From: an uncultured Bacteriovorax sp.
GTDB taxonomy: Bacteria; Bdellovibrionota; Bacteriovoracia; Bacteriovoracales; Bacteriovoracaceae
Assembly: GCA_943914745.1 (NCBI GenBank)
Contig: CALUDF010000001.1
Span: forward strand, 1-49,468
Direction of reading: 5' to 3'
DNA length: 49,468 nt
Each line of letters starts with the position of its first letter. Position 1 is the first letter of the stretch. A model generated the notes under the pieces. The model saw nothing but the letters and a program-made list of their open reading frames with translations, did not search any database and was not told the origin of the DNA. A program made the translations under genes and the position numbers. Of the stretch, positions 19,812 to 29,409 are shown in pieces.

Positions 19812-21023
19812 ATGGAAAGAAACTGGTTAATAAGAACATCACAAAATCAGATCTTGGGCCCGGTGGCCAAGCAAAAACTTTTGGAGTTTATCCAAAAAGG
19901 TGCGCTTGGTTTAACGGATGAGGTGGCCAGTGGAAATGGTTACTGGTTTTCATTAAAAGAAAAAGACCTGGTTGAGAAGTATCTTTATGGGGATCTTCCC
20001 CAAAGCTATAATCCTATCTCTGAATCCAAGAGTGTTCTTTCCAGAACTGAGCATCCTGAGAAGACGACTTCCATCAACAGTGCTCCGGCCAATCAGACTC
20101 AGCACACTCAGGTTATTAAGGTCGCCGATATTATCGGGAATGCTTCACCTAAGACTTCAGACTTGGAGTTTCCAGACGTCACTGTTGTTCAAAAAGCACC
20201 AGTGCTCACTCCTGCACTTGACTTGAGTGAAGAGGCCCATCAGAAGATACCAGATGCCTCAGACCTGGAGTTTCCTGATGTCGCCGCCATCACATCTGAG
20301 GTAAGCGCTGGCTTTAAACCGGCAATCGAGAGACCTAAAGAAGAAGTAAAAGAGGCGACAGCCCCTTCTTTTAAGCTGGAGCTTAAAACCCAAGAGAGTA
20401 AACCTTCTAAAGAAGCCTCTTCCGAGGAAATTGTTTTTCCTGACGAAGATGATTTGGCCTTTCCTGATATGGATAGCGCTCCGTTAGTTTTAAATGACAA
20501 AACCTCGACTAAGGTTGAAAAAGGCAAAGTCGATTTGTCTCATCAATACACGCGGACTGTGGCCCTAGACAATGAACAGGTGAGTGTCGCCCTTCCTGAA
20601 TCTCTGGAATCCAAGGAATCGGGAGCGATGAAGTCAATGCGTGAGTTCGATGAAGTCGAGGGAGAAGATATTGCTTTTTCTTTGACCCTTGATGTGCCAA
20701 AGCAAGCGGCAGCTCAGGAGACGGCTCCTCAAGAGATGAAGCAGCCGCATGAAGTAAGGCAAGTTCTTTCCAAGAAAGATAAGGTTCAAGGCATTGAGGA
20801 GAGAAAACTTCTTCACGACAGAAAACCAAAAACGAATAACAAAGCAGCTCAAAGAGACCCGACAAGAGAGCTGGCCCACAAAGAAAGAGACGCCCAATTG
20901 CCGGAGCCGGCAAAAAAGCGCAACGACAATTATATTTTCTTTATCCTGATTATCCTGGCCTTGATTATTGTGGCCGTGTTTTTCTATTTTAAAGAGATCC
21001 TAAACAAACCTCTGCCGGTGTAG
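19812..21023 (+). CDS. GYF_2-like domain protein with long acidic linker and C-terminal membrane anchor
   Basis: WLIR...ILGP...L...I..G.L...DEV...W at the N-terminus; hydrophobic IFFILIILALIIVAVFFYF near the C-terminus. Confidence 0.8.
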   Translation: MERNWLIRTSQNQILGPVAKQKLLEFIQKGALGLTDEVASGNGYWFSLKEKDLVEKYLYGDLPQSYNPISESKSVLSRTEHPEKTTSINSAPANQTQHTQVIKVADIIGNASPKTSDLEFPDVTVVQKAPVLTPALDLSEEAHQKIPDASDLEFPDVAAITSEVSAGFKPAIERPKEEVKEATAPSFKLELKTQESKPSKEASSEEIVFPDEDDLAFPDMDSAPLVLNDKTSTKVEKGKVDLSHQYTRTVALDNEQVSVALPESLESKESGAMKSMREFDEVEGEDIAFSLTLDVPKQAAAQETAPQEMKQPHEVRQVLSKKDKVQGIEERKLLHDRKPKTNNKAAQRDPTRELAHKERDAQLPEPAKKRNDNYIFFILIILALIIVAVFFYFKEILNKPLPV

Positions 21024-21026
21024 TTT

Positions 21027-21632
21027 ATGAAATTAAATTCAGACAGCGTTTTTATTTATCCAACGGATACAGTATGGGGCATTGGAGCTTCCATTCACTC
21101 TGAAGCCGCTCATAAGCGCATTGCTGAGATTAAGCGCACTTCAGATGACAAGCCTTTATCCATCATGTTTACGGACGTAAACGTTCTTCATAAAAGTTTT
21201 AATTTTCCTGATTTCATGAGCGCTTCATGGCTTAGGAATTATTTTAAACTGGAATCCACTTTAGGAGTGCCACGAAAAATTTCAAAATTCCCTATCCCTT
21301 CATGGGTGACGGGAAAAAGTGAATTTGTCTCTGTCCGCTGTCTTGATGACGCTGCTTTAAAAGGAATAACTGAGGTACTGAAGGCGCCTTTTTTTACAAC
21401 GAGCCTGAATTTGACAGGTGAGCCACCGATCATCTCTTTTTCAGAGGCGGAAGCCTTCAGGAAGGCACACGCTCCGGACGCCGGGCTTTTTGGCGATAGC
21501 TCTCACAATCTCTCAGGAAGGTCATCGACGATTGTTTTTTATAAAGGGGATTCGTTTCAAGTTATTCGTGAGGGTATTAAGATCGAAGAGATTAAAAAGC
21601 AGTTGAGTCTAACTGGGCTTAAAATTACCTGA
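21027..21632 (+). CDS. tsaC: L-threonylcarbamoyladenylate synthase (TsaC/Sua5/YrdC)
   Basis: YPTDTVWGIG, KR...KPL, TSLN.TG, SSTIV, REG. Confidence 0.85.
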   Translation: MKLNSDSVFIYPTDTVWGIGASIHSEAAHKRIAEIKRTSDDKPLSIMFTDVNVLHKSFNFPDFMSASWLRNYFKLESTLGVPRKISKFPIPSWVTGKSEFVSVRCLDDAALKGITEVLKAPFFTTSLNLTGEPPIISFSEAEAFRKAHAPDAGLFGDSSHNLSGRSSTIVFYKGDSFQVIREGIKIEEIKKQLSLTGLKIT

Positions 21633-22136
21633 TTGAATGTAGAGAGAAATCATTTTCTCTCTGATTTCTTTGTCTTCAATGTCGCGAAATAATTCTTCAG
21701 CATCTCTTTTTAATTTTTTAAATTCAGGCGAGTGAGGGTGCAGCTGATTCATCTGCCCTTTTGCTTTTTGCACGGGGGTGATGAACTGTGAGTACTGGCG
21801 CTCAAAGTGAGTGCTATCGACAATGAATTTAATGGTGGAGATGGATTTTTCCAGTGCCGGAAACTTGGCAAAAATTTTCTTCTTAAGCAATAGATCCATG
21901 AAACTTAGCTCATTGGCAAAGGCCGAATGATTGGAGAGAATGATGAGTGTGCCACTTTGGTTTTTAAGTGGAATGGTGTGCTCAGAGAGCTTGTCGCCGG
22001 CAATTTCCTTCCAGGCCTTGATTAAATGAATGAAGTCAAAGCTCTCGGCAATTTGCGCGTGTTTACCTTGCTCCTGTTTATTTTTGCGTGGAGCAGAGCT
22101 GTCAAAATCAATGAATTGCGAGAGTTTTTTTAACAT
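21609..22136 (-). CDS. DUF721/DciA-like protein
   Basis: W.EIAG..LSEHT.P...GTLII...SAFANEL.F pattern. Confidence 0.75.
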   Translation of the reverse strand: MLKKLSQFIDFDSSAPRKNKQEQGKHAQIAESFDFIHLIKAWKEIAGDKLSEHTIPLKNQSGTLIILSNHSAFANELSFMDLLLKKKIFAKFPALEKSISTIKFIVDSTHFERQYSQFITPVQKAKGQMNQLHPHSPEFKKLKRDAEELFRDIEDKEIREKMISLYIQSGNFKPS

Positions 22137-22178
22137 AAAAAGATTCTAGCATTATAGCTTTTAGAGTACACTAACGCC

Positions 22179-22847
22179 ATGAAAGTGCGATTTTTTTCTA
22201 TTTTAGCGATGCTTTTGGCCCTAGTCTCTTGTGCCGGATATCACTTTAATACTAATAACAACCCTTTAATCGGCTATGACATTCGCTCCGTCGCAGTGCC
22301 AATGTTCATCAATCGCTCTACCATTCCCGAACTCGCCGCACCAATGACTAAAGAAATTGTTCTTGCTCTCAATGATTACTCAGGGCTGAGAGTTTTTAGT
22401 GGCAATAACGAAGCGGCCGATGCCGTTTTAATTGGTGTAATCGATTCTAAGGATCACTACAATGAGACGGTCCGAACGACGCAAATTCTCTTTACTGACG
22501 ACACTCTAAAATCTTCCGTTGGCAACAGAAGCCCTTTTTATTATCCAGTGCAGACGACCTATGAATTTTCTTTAAAGGTCATTCTCATCAGACGCCCTTC
22601 AAAGGAAGAAATTCAACTCCTGACGACAGACATGGGGCAATTTATGAAAGTGAACCCAAAAGTTGTTTTAATGGACGTTATTAACCTCACAGGCTCTTTT
22701 GCCCGTGCGGCCGGAGAGACGACCTCGGCCAATGCCATCGGGAAGACAAACTTCGTAAAGAACAAAGGTGTGTTTGAAAAGAGTTTGCAAGATACGGCCA
22801 TCAGTGCGGCCAAGACTTTCAAGCAGGTCGTGCTCAATGCTTTCTAA
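22179..22847 (+). CDS. lptE: LptE-like LPS assembly lipoprotein
   Basis: Lipobox LVSC followed by AGYHF; VAVPMFIN; AVLIGVI; upstream of a holA-like gene. Confidence 0.7.
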   Translation: MKVRFFSILAMLLALVSCAGYHFNTNNNPLIGYDIRSVAVPMFINRSTIPELAAPMTKEIVLALNDYSGLRVFSGNNEAADAVLIGVIDSKDHYNETVRTTQILFTDDTLKSSVGNRSPFYYPVQTTYEFSLKVILIRRPSKEEIQLLTTDMGQFMKVNPKVVLMDVINLTGSFARAAGETTSANAIGKTNFVKNKGVFEKSLQDTAISAAKTFKQVVLNAF

Positions 22848-23769
22848 GTTTCTTCCCTGGGATTTTTTACCAAAACATCCGCAAACAATTGATCCAAAAA
22901 AACCAGGCCTCTATGCCTTCTTGGTGAGTGACCCTTATCTGGAGCGAGTGCTCCTGGATAACTTGCCAAAAAAAGATGTGCCTTTTTCTCTGTATTCTGG
23001 TGTTGAGATTACCCGAGACTTTATTGAAGAGCATTTTGTTAACCTCTCATTTTTTTCATCGACTGATCACATTCAGGTCATCAATGGTGAAAACATTCAG
23101 GCCGCAAACCTCGCCTTGTTGACTGAATCTGGCATTGACTGGAGCGAGCGCTTCACAGTGATCTTTTTTACGAAGGGAGGGAAGTCTTTCACGGAGTTTG
23201 CTAAAAAAGCAGACGTGCACGCTTTTGAAATCGAGGAGCCACGTTTTTGGGAAGGGGCCAAGATCTGGCAGTTCTGCCAGAAGGTGCGCGAAGTGAATTT
23301 TCCTTCGGAGGTAAGCCGTTTTGTGATGGATCACCTGGAGCATAATTTTGAATCATTCTTTTGGGTCATCGACACAATCAAACTCAATTTTCCTGAGGGA
23401 AAATTAAATCTGCTTGAGTTAAAAACCTTAGTGCAAAAAGAGCGCTGGGATTTTTTTGAACTCATTGACCTCTTTAACGATAATCCCAAGAGGTTCTTCC
23501 AGGAAGTGTTAAAGAAGGGCGATGAAGACTATGAGTGGCTGCGTGCACTCTTTGCATTCATGCAAGGGCACCTCACCAAGGTCCTTTTCCCTGATGAGTT
23601 ACGTGGAAAGGCGAAGCTCTCTAAATACGACCAAAGTATTTTAGTTGTAAGTGAGAAGTGGAAAAGATCGGACGTGATGAAATACCTTCAATTTTTCTCG
23701 GAATTAGAAATCCTAGCAAAATCAAGCGATCAGCTCCTGATCAATAAACTACGCTTAGAAATTCTTTAG
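22837..23769 (+). CDS. holA: Divergent DNA polymerase III delta subunit
   Basis: lptE-holA-rpsT synteny, size, LSFFS and DFFELID segments; start moved to ATG at 22837. Confidence 0.6.
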   Translation: MLSKFLPWDFLPKHPQTIDPKKPGLYAFLVSDPYLERVLLDNLPKKDVPFSLYSGVEITRDFIEEHFVNLSFFSSTDHIQVINGENIQAANLALLTESGIDWSERFTVIFFTKGGKSFTEFAKKADVHAFEIEEPRFWEGAKIWQFCQKVREVNFPSEVSRFVMDHLEHNFESFFWVIDTIKLNFPEGKLNLLELKTLVQKERWDFFELIDLFNDNPKRFFQEVLKKGDEDYEWLRALFAFMQGHLTKVLFPDELRGKAKLSKYDQSILVVSEKWKRSDVMKYLQFFSELEILAKSSDQLLINKLRLEIL

Positions 23770-23812
23770 ACGCATCACTTGACGCCCAAAAAAGTGATAC
23801 CATCTTAGTATC

Positions 23813-24325
23813 ATGAAAAATTTTGAATTTAAAAAACTCGCTCATGAAGATCTCCCTCTCTTGCATTCGTGGATGAAGAGGCCTCATATTCAGGAATACT
23901 GGACGGAGCAAACTCTTCACGATTACGAATCGTTCAGGGAAAAGTACAAAGATGCCATTAACTCCGATGAAGTCACACCTTATCTGGTCATGCTTCAGGG
24001 AAAACCTATCGGCTATATCCAGTCTTACAAAGTTGATGGGAAGACCTTCGGGATAGACCAGTTTATTGCGGTCCCTGAGTTTCTCAACAAAGGTCTTGGC
24101 AGCATGTTTGTAAAAGAGTTCTCGGATGAGCTTCTTTTAAAGCAAAAGGCCACTCGGGTTATCACTGATCCTTCTGTTCTCAATCTGCGCGCACAAAAAG
24201 CGTATGAAAAGGCCGGCTTTAAAAAACTGGAAGTTCTTCAAAGTGCAGACGGCGAAGTTTTGATGATGGAAAAGAAAAGGCGAGAAAAGAAAGTTCAAGC
24301 GAAGAAAATAAAAAAAGCCTCTTAG
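23813..24325 (+). CDS. GNAT N-acetyltransferase (AAC(6')-Ib/IucB-like)
   Basis: W...PH..EYW, PIGYIQSY, GIDQFI, GLGS, TDP...N.RA.KAYEKAGF. Confidence 0.88.
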   Translation: MKNFEFKKLAHEDLPLLHSWMKRPHIQEYWTEQTLHDYESFREKYKDAINSDEVTPYLVMLQGKPIGYIQSYKVDGKTFGIDQFIAVPEFLNKGLGSMFVKEFSDELLLKQKATRVITDPSVLNLRAQKAYEKAGFKKLEVLQSADGEVLMMEKKRREKKVQAKKIKKAS

Positions 24326-24342
24326 AAACTAAGAGGCTTTTT
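24311..24342. terminator. Bidirectional terminator between the GNAT gene and rpsT
   Basis: AAAAAAGCCTCTTAG-AAA-CTAAGAGGCTTTTT. Confidence 0.85.
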
Positions 24343-24365
24343 CATATCTCAAAATAGTTTAAAAG

Positions 24366-24629
24366 CTACTTAAGGTTATTGATTTGAGAAGCTAGACGAG
24401 AAGTCTTTCTTGCTGCTGTGTTAGCTTTGATAACACCAGTTTTAGCAAGTTTTCTTAGTTCAGCTTGAGCAGTTTTTAAAACAGCTGCAGCCTCTTTTTT
24501 GTCACCAGCAGTGATTGCGTCTCTAACTTTCTTTACAGCAGTTTTAGTCTTAGACTCATTAACCTTGTTTGTAAGGTTCTTTTTGATATCTTGTTTTGCT
24601 CTTTTTTCTGATGATTTGTGGTTTGCCAC
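24366..24629 (-). CDS. rpsT: 30S ribosomal protein S20
   Basis: ANHKSSEKR...KGV/TGVIKANTAARKTSRL pattern; GTG start after AGGAG. Confidence 0.96.
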   Translation of the reverse strand: MANHKSSEKRAKQDIKKNLTNKVNESKTKTAVKKVRDAITAGDKKEAAAVLKTAQAELRKLAKTGVIKANTAARKTSRLASQINNLK

Positions 24630-24796
24630 AATTAACTCCTACCGTTAGATATTTTCAACTTTTAACTTTTTGCACTCAGCAATTTAATGAGACTCATTTT
24701 TTATTCTAATTGTAAAAACTTGGCAAGGTTTTATTTGTGAAAGCATTGTCCGGTTTGTATCATTAGGGCGTTTTTATCATTCAGAGCGAGGTATAT

Positions 24797-25651
24797 ATGC
24801 AAAATGTTCAATCCATTGGGATTGTTGGCGCGGGGCAAATGGGCCGTGGAATCGCGCAAGTAGCTGCAATGAGTGGCTACACAGTTCAAATTTACGATGT
24901 TTCTCCCGAAGGACTTAAAAAGGGAGTGGATTTTATCGAAACTCAACTTAAAAAGGGAGTGGAGAAAGCAAAATGGGATCAGGCCTTTGTTGAAAAAACA
25001 ATGAAAGCAATTTCAACGGTTTCAGATATGGCCAAGCTTTCAACGTGCGATCTGCTGATCGAAGCGGCCACTGAAAATAAGGCCATTAAATTTGATATCT
25101 TTAAAAAACTCGATGAAGTGGCAAAGCCAGGGGCGATTCTTGCGACTAACACTTCTTCAATCTCCATTACGGAAATCGCAGCTGTGACGAAGCGTCCTCA
25201 GCTAGTTGCAGGTATGCACTTTATGAACCCGGTTCCAGTGATGAAGCTGGTTGAAGGAATCAGAGGTCTTGAGACTTCGGATGAAACGTTTAATACGGTG
25301 GCCGCGGTTTCAGAAAAAATGGGGAAGGTTTTTGTCCGTGCAAACGACATCCCGGGATTTGCGGTTAATAGAATTCTCATGCCGATGATTAACGAAGCTG
25401 TCTACGCCCTTTATGAAGGAGTGGCAACGGCGAGTGATATTGATCAGGCGATGAAGCTTGGAACTAACCAGCCGATGGGGCCTTTGGAGCTTGCAGACTT
25501 TATTGGATTAGATACATGCCTTGCCATCATGAACGTGCTTCACGATGGATTGGGAGATACTAAATACAGACCGTGCCCGCTTTTAAAGAAATATGTTCTT
25601 GCCGGCCGCATGGGGAAAAAATCAGGAAGAGGGTTCTATGAATATAAATAA
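24797..25651 (+). CDS. hbd: 3-hydroxybutyryl-CoA dehydrogenase
   Basis: GAGQMGRGIA, ATNTSS, GMHFMNP, PMGPL..AD..GLD. Confidence 0.92.
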   Translation: MQNVQSIGIVGAGQMGRGIAQVAAMSGYTVQIYDVSPEGLKKGVDFIETQLKKGVEKAKWDQAFVEKTMKAISTVSDMAKLSTCDLLIEAATENKAIKFDIFKKLDEVAKPGAILATNTSSISITEIAAVTKRPQLVAGMHFMNPVPVMKLVEGIRGLETSDETFNTVAAVSEKMGKVFVRANDIPGFAVNRILMPMINEAVYALYEGVATASDIDQAMKLGTNQPMGPLELADFIGLDTCLAIMNVLHDGLGDTKYRPCPLLKKYVLAGRMGKKSGRGFYEYK

Positions 25652-26441
25652 AACATTTGCGACATTAAAATTTGAACTTCAAGAAAAATTTGGTGTCATC
25701 ACCATTAATCGCCCGACAAAATTAAATGCGCTTAACACTGAAGTTTTAAGTGAATTAAAAGAGCTTTTAACTGATCTTAAATCAGATGATAAATTTGATC
25801 TTCTGGGTCTGATTGTCACAGGTGAAGGAGAAAAGGCCTTTATAGCTGGTGCTGACATCGCCGAGATGGCAGAGATGACTCCAAGTGATGCTTATACTCT
25901 TGGGCAACTGGGCCAGCAGGTGACTATCCTTTTTGAAACAATCCAGGTTCCAGTGATTGCCTGTGTAAATGGATTTGCTCTAGGGGGCGGATGCGAAATG
26001 GCGATGAGCTGTGACTTTATTTATGCGACAGAAAACGCTGTTTTCGGTCAACCAGAGGTGAAGCTTGGTTTAATCCCAGGATTTGGTGGGACACAAAGAC
26101 TCGCCAAACTAGTTGGAAGAAATAACGCAAAAGAGCTCATTTTTTCTGGAAGAAATGTGAAAGCGGACGAAGCTCTGAGAATGGGGCTCATTGTTAAAAC
26201 ATTTGCCACAAAAGAAGCCATGATGACTGAGGCGATGAAGACCCTAAAGTCGATTGCCACTAATTCTCCTTTTGCTGTCTCGATTGTAAAAAAAGTTATG
26301 AATGAAGGTATTGACTTAACTATCGCGGAAGGTTTACAGCTAGAAAAGAGACAATTTTCAGGCATTTTCTCATCTGAAGATATGCATGAAGGAACGAGGG
26401 CGTTCGTGGAAAAACGCGCACCTAACTATAAAGGAAAATAA
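25638..26441 (+). CDS. crt: Enoyl-CoA hydratase (crotonase)
   Basis: AFIAGADI, GFALGGGCE, GQPEVKLG..PGFGGTQRL; start moved to ATG at 25638. Confidence 0.92.
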   Translation: MNINKTFATLKFELQEKFGVITINRPTKLNALNTEVLSELKELLTDLKSDDKFDLLGLIVTGEGEKAFIAGADIAEMAEMTPSDAYTLGQLGQQVTILFETIQVPVIACVNGFALGGGCEMAMSCDFIYATENAVFGQPEVKLGLIPGFGGTQRLAKLVGRNNAKELIFSGRNVKADEALRMGLIVKTFATKEAMMTEAMKTLKSIATNSPFAVSIVKKVMNEGIDLTIAEGLQLEKRQFSGIFSSEDMHEGTRAFVEKRAPNYKGK

Positions 26442-26444
26442 ACT

Positions 26445-27587
26445 ATGAGTATGTACGACCCACAATATAAGGAAATCAGAGACCTTGTATCGAAATTTTC
26501 TGATTCTGAGGTCGCACCACTGGCCGCCAAAATTGATCATGATGGCGTGATCCCACAAGATTTAATCAATAAACTTTATGAAAATGGGTTTATGGGTTCT
26601 TATATTCCTGAGGAATTTGGCGGAGCGGGGATGGATTACACATCTTACTCGATCATCGTTGAAGAGCTCTCTCGTGGATGTGCTTCAACTGGGGTTCTTG
26701 TTTCTGCCCACACTTCTCTTTGCATGTGGCCAATTTTAAGTTTTGGGACAACGGAGCAAAAACAAACATTCCTTCCGGGGCTTGCCTCTGGTGGAGTCAT
26801 TGGGTGCTTTTGTTTATCTGAGCCAAACGCTGGCTCTGATCCGGGAACGCTGGCGACATTTGCAGAAGATAAAGGTGATCACTACGAGCTATCAGGAACA
26901 AAAAACTTTATCACGAATGGAAAAGACGCAGGAATTGCGATCGTTTTGGCAAAAACGACAAAAACAAATGACCATAAAGGCATCACTGCTTTTATCGTTG
27001 ATACAAAATCAGAAGGTTTCCAAGTTCAAAAACTGGAAGACAAGCTGGGAATTAAAGGATCGACCACGGCACAGATCTGGCTTAATAAAGTAAAGGTCCC
27101 AAAAACAAATGTTCTTGGCGAAGTTGGAAAAGGTTTTAAGGTCGCTCTCTCAACTCTTGATGGCGGACGCATTGGGATTGCCTCTCAGGCCCTGGGGATT
27201 GCAGAAGCAGCTTTCAGGTATGCCAAGAAATACTCGAAAGAAAGAGTGCAATTTGGAAAACCTATCTCAGAGCTTCAGGCCATTCAATTTAAACTGGCCG
27301 ACATGTCGACAGAGATTGCGGCTTCAAGACTTTTAATCATGCATGCGAGTTACTTAAAAGATAATGATCTTCCTTATTCGAAGGAAGCGGCACAGGCGAA
27401 GCTTTTTGCTTCAGAGTCTTGTATGAGAATCACAACTCAGGCCATCCAGGTTTTAGGTGGAAACGGTTACACGAAAGAGTACCCGTGTGAGCGCCACTTC
27501 AGAGACGCGAAGATCACTGAGATTTATGAAGGGACTTCTGAAATCCAGAGAATTGTCATCGCGGCCAATGAATTAAAAGGTGTTTAA
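26445..27587 (+). CDS. Short-chain (butyryl-CoA-like) acyl-CoA dehydrogenase
   Basis: LSEPNAGSD, GTKNFITNG, GGRIGIA, EIYEGTSEIQR. Confidence 0.93.
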   Translation: MSMYDPQYKEIRDLVSKFSDSEVAPLAAKIDHDGVIPQDLINKLYENGFMGSYIPEEFGGAGMDYTSYSIIVEELSRGCASTGVLVSAHTSLCMWPILSFGTTEQKQTFLPGLASGGVIGCFCLSEPNAGSDPGTLATFAEDKGDHYELSGTKNFITNGKDAGIAIVLAKTTKTNDHKGITAFIVDTKSEGFQVQKLEDKLGIKGSTTAQIWLNKVKVPKTNVLGEVGKGFKVALSTLDGGRIGIASQALGIAEAAFRYAKKYSKERVQFGKPISELQAIQFKLADMSTEIAASRLLIMHASYLKDNDLPYSKEAAQAKLFASESCMRITTQAIQVLGGNGYTKEYPCERHFRDAKITEIYEGTSEIQRIVIAANELKGV

Positions 27588-27646
27588 GCTTTAAAAAAAG
27601 ATAAGACAGGTATTAATTGTTAAAAAAAATATTGGAGAATCTAGGT

Positions 27647-28861
27647 ATGAAAAAACCCGCAAAACCGGCAGCTAAAAAAGCAGCGGCCAAGCCTGCGCCT
27701 AAAAAAGCCGCACCTCCGGCAAAAAAGTCAGCGGCAAAACCAGCAGCAAAAGCAAAAGCTCCTGTGAAGTCAGCTCCTGCAAAAAAGGCCCCGGCAAAGG
27801 CCCAAGCTAAACCAGCGGCCAAGAATGCGAAGGCTACGAAAGTTGTCGCAAAGCCAGCAGCAAAAAAAGTTGTCGCTAAAAAACCGGAAGTCAAAGGTAA
27901 GTCTCAGCAAGGTCTTCAAAAAAAGATCCAGGACAAAATCGCTGCAAGTAAAAAAGCCGCGCAAGACAAAGCGGCTAAAAAGTCAAAAGAGCAAGACGCT
28001 AAGAAATTAGCTGAAGAAAAAAAGAAAGCAGCCAAGGCCCTTGAGGCCCAAAAGAAGGCCGAAAAAATCGCCAAAGAAAAAGAGAAGGAAAAAGCAAAAG
28101 CTTCAAAGCTTGCTGAAAAAGAAGCGGCGAAAGCGGCTAAGATTGCAGCTAAAGAAGCAGCAAAGGCACCAAAGAAACTCTCTAAAAAAGAAGAAAAAGA
28201 ACTTCTTAAAGCGAAAGGTAAAAAAGGCGCAGTAGAAGAAGAGGAACTAGGCGAAGACGGGCAACCGATTAAAAGACGTGTGGATGAAGACGAAGAAGAA
28301 GACGACTTCGAGAGCGACACTCCTAAGAGAGTGAAGATGACTTTCGACGAAGACATCGAAGAAGAAATCATCCCGGTCAGAAAAAAGAAGAGTTCGGCGT
28401 TTGATGAAGACATCAAGGAAAACCTGGCAGAAGAAATTCTTGCTCTTTCTGAGGACTTCTCGATTGAAGACGTGTTCTCATCTATCAGAAGCATGGAGCT
28501 CTTCAAGGTTGAGGCAGATGAGTGTGTTGTGCGTGGTTGTGATAACCCTTCAACGACTTCGGGGTACTGCCGTTACCACTATATCAAGCTTTGGAAAGAC
28601 GTTAAGAAAAAACAACTCATCCTTTCTGAAGGAAGACTGGCAAAAATCATTGAGGAGCTTGTGCGCAAGTACCCAATGAAATATATCGAAACAATCATTC
28701 AGGATTTAGCTGACGATAAGGCGTTCAACCACGTCCTTAAAGACCTGGATATCGAGACAGACGCAGAAGAGATCGATGGATTTGATGATGATGAATTATT
28801 GGATGACGATCAAGATATTGCGTTTGAAACTAAAGTTGTTAAGCCATCATTTGATGATTAA
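27647..28861 (+). CDS. Histone H1-like Lys/Ala/Pro-rich protein with acidic regions and a CCCH zinc-finger motif
   Basis: KPAAKK-type repeats, Asp/Glu tracts, CVVRGCDNPSTTSGYCRYH. ATG at 27647 follows GGAG; TTG at 27617 is an alternative start. Confidence 0.85.
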   Translation: MKKPAKPAAKKAAAKPAPKKAAPPAKKSAAKPAAKAKAPVKSAPAKKAPAKAQAKPAAKNAKATKVVAKPAAKKVVAKKPEVKGKSQQGLQKKIQDKIAASKKAAQDKAAKKSKEQDAKKLAEEKKKAAKALEAQKKAEKIAKEKEKEKAKASKLAEKEAAKAAKIAAKEAAKAPKKLSKKEEKELLKAKGKKGAVEEEELGEDGQPIKRRVDEDEEEDDFESDTPKRVKMTFDEDIEEEIIPVRKKKSSAFDEDIKENLAEEILALSEDFSIEDVFSSIRSMELFKVEADECVVRGCDNPSTTSGYCRYHYIKLWKDVKKKQLILSEGRLAKIIEELVRKYPMKYIETIIQDLADDKAFNHVLKDLDIETDAEEIDGFDDDELLDDDQDIAFETKVVKPSFDD

Positions 28862-28862
28862 T

Positions 28863-28891
28863 AAAAAAGCCCTCGAAAGAGGGCTTTTTTT
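28863..28891. terminator. Bidirectional terminator
   Basis: AAAAAAGCCCTC-GAAA-GAGGGCTTTTTTT between convergent genes. Confidence 0.9.
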
Positions 28892-28899
28892 GGTCTTTT

Positions 28900-29349
28900 T
28901 TATTCACCTAAGAGCATGTCCGCTTGCATTGAAAGCCCTATGTTCTCACGAGTGACTTTGTAGAAGAGCTTCTCATTGCCAAACTCTGCTTCATCCCAGT
29001 CGAGGATGTATTCATCCCAGATTTCATCTTCAGTGTCTTCGTGAGCGAAGTATTGGTCGAAGAAAACACCGGCGCTATCGAACATTCTGTCCATGACTTT
29101 ATCAGCGTCAGTTTTGTCGTTTAGATCACTTGAGAGAAAAAGAGTGATGGGTGTTTCGAATTTATCAAGACCTGAGTAAGAGATAATGAGTAGTGCTTCA
29201 GAAGGGTAAGAAAAGCCAAAGACTTCAAAAGTTTTTTCGTCTTTTAAGCATTTATCACCATAAATGTTAAGCAGGATCTGCTTAAGTCCATCGGCCCATT
29301 CTTTTGGAAAAAGAACTGGTTTTATCTCGTGATCAAGGCGTGAAAACAT
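28900..29349 (-). CDS. Acidic hypothetical protein
   Basis: 149-aa ORF, ATG preceded by GGGAG. Confidence 0.8.
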   Translation of the reverse strand: MFSRLDHEIKPVLFPKEWADGLKQILLNIYGDKCLKDEKTFEVFGFSYPSEALLIISYSGLDKFETPITLFLSSDLNDKTDADKVMDRMFDSAGVFFDQYFAHEDTEDEIWDEYILDWDEAEFGNEKLFYKVTRENIGLSMQADMLLGE

Positions 29350-29409
29350 GCGGATCTCCCATTGCGATTAGAGAGACTGATTTAACAATAAAATGGCTTC
29401 TTTGCAATG

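Noticed and set aside
23813..24325. Acquired aminoglycoside resistance cassette
   Set aside because: Only family-level similarity; no attC, integron or transposase context is visible.
27647..28230. Possible tandem DNA repeat or CRISPR-like array
   Set aside because: Repetition is at the peptide level with varied codons; no fixed repeat-spacer structure and no cas genes.
27916..28506. 196-aa antisense ORF, plus others at 27613..27894 and 28041..28235
   Set aside because: Shadow frames of the low-complexity Lys/Ala/Glu-rich gene; no independent start signals.
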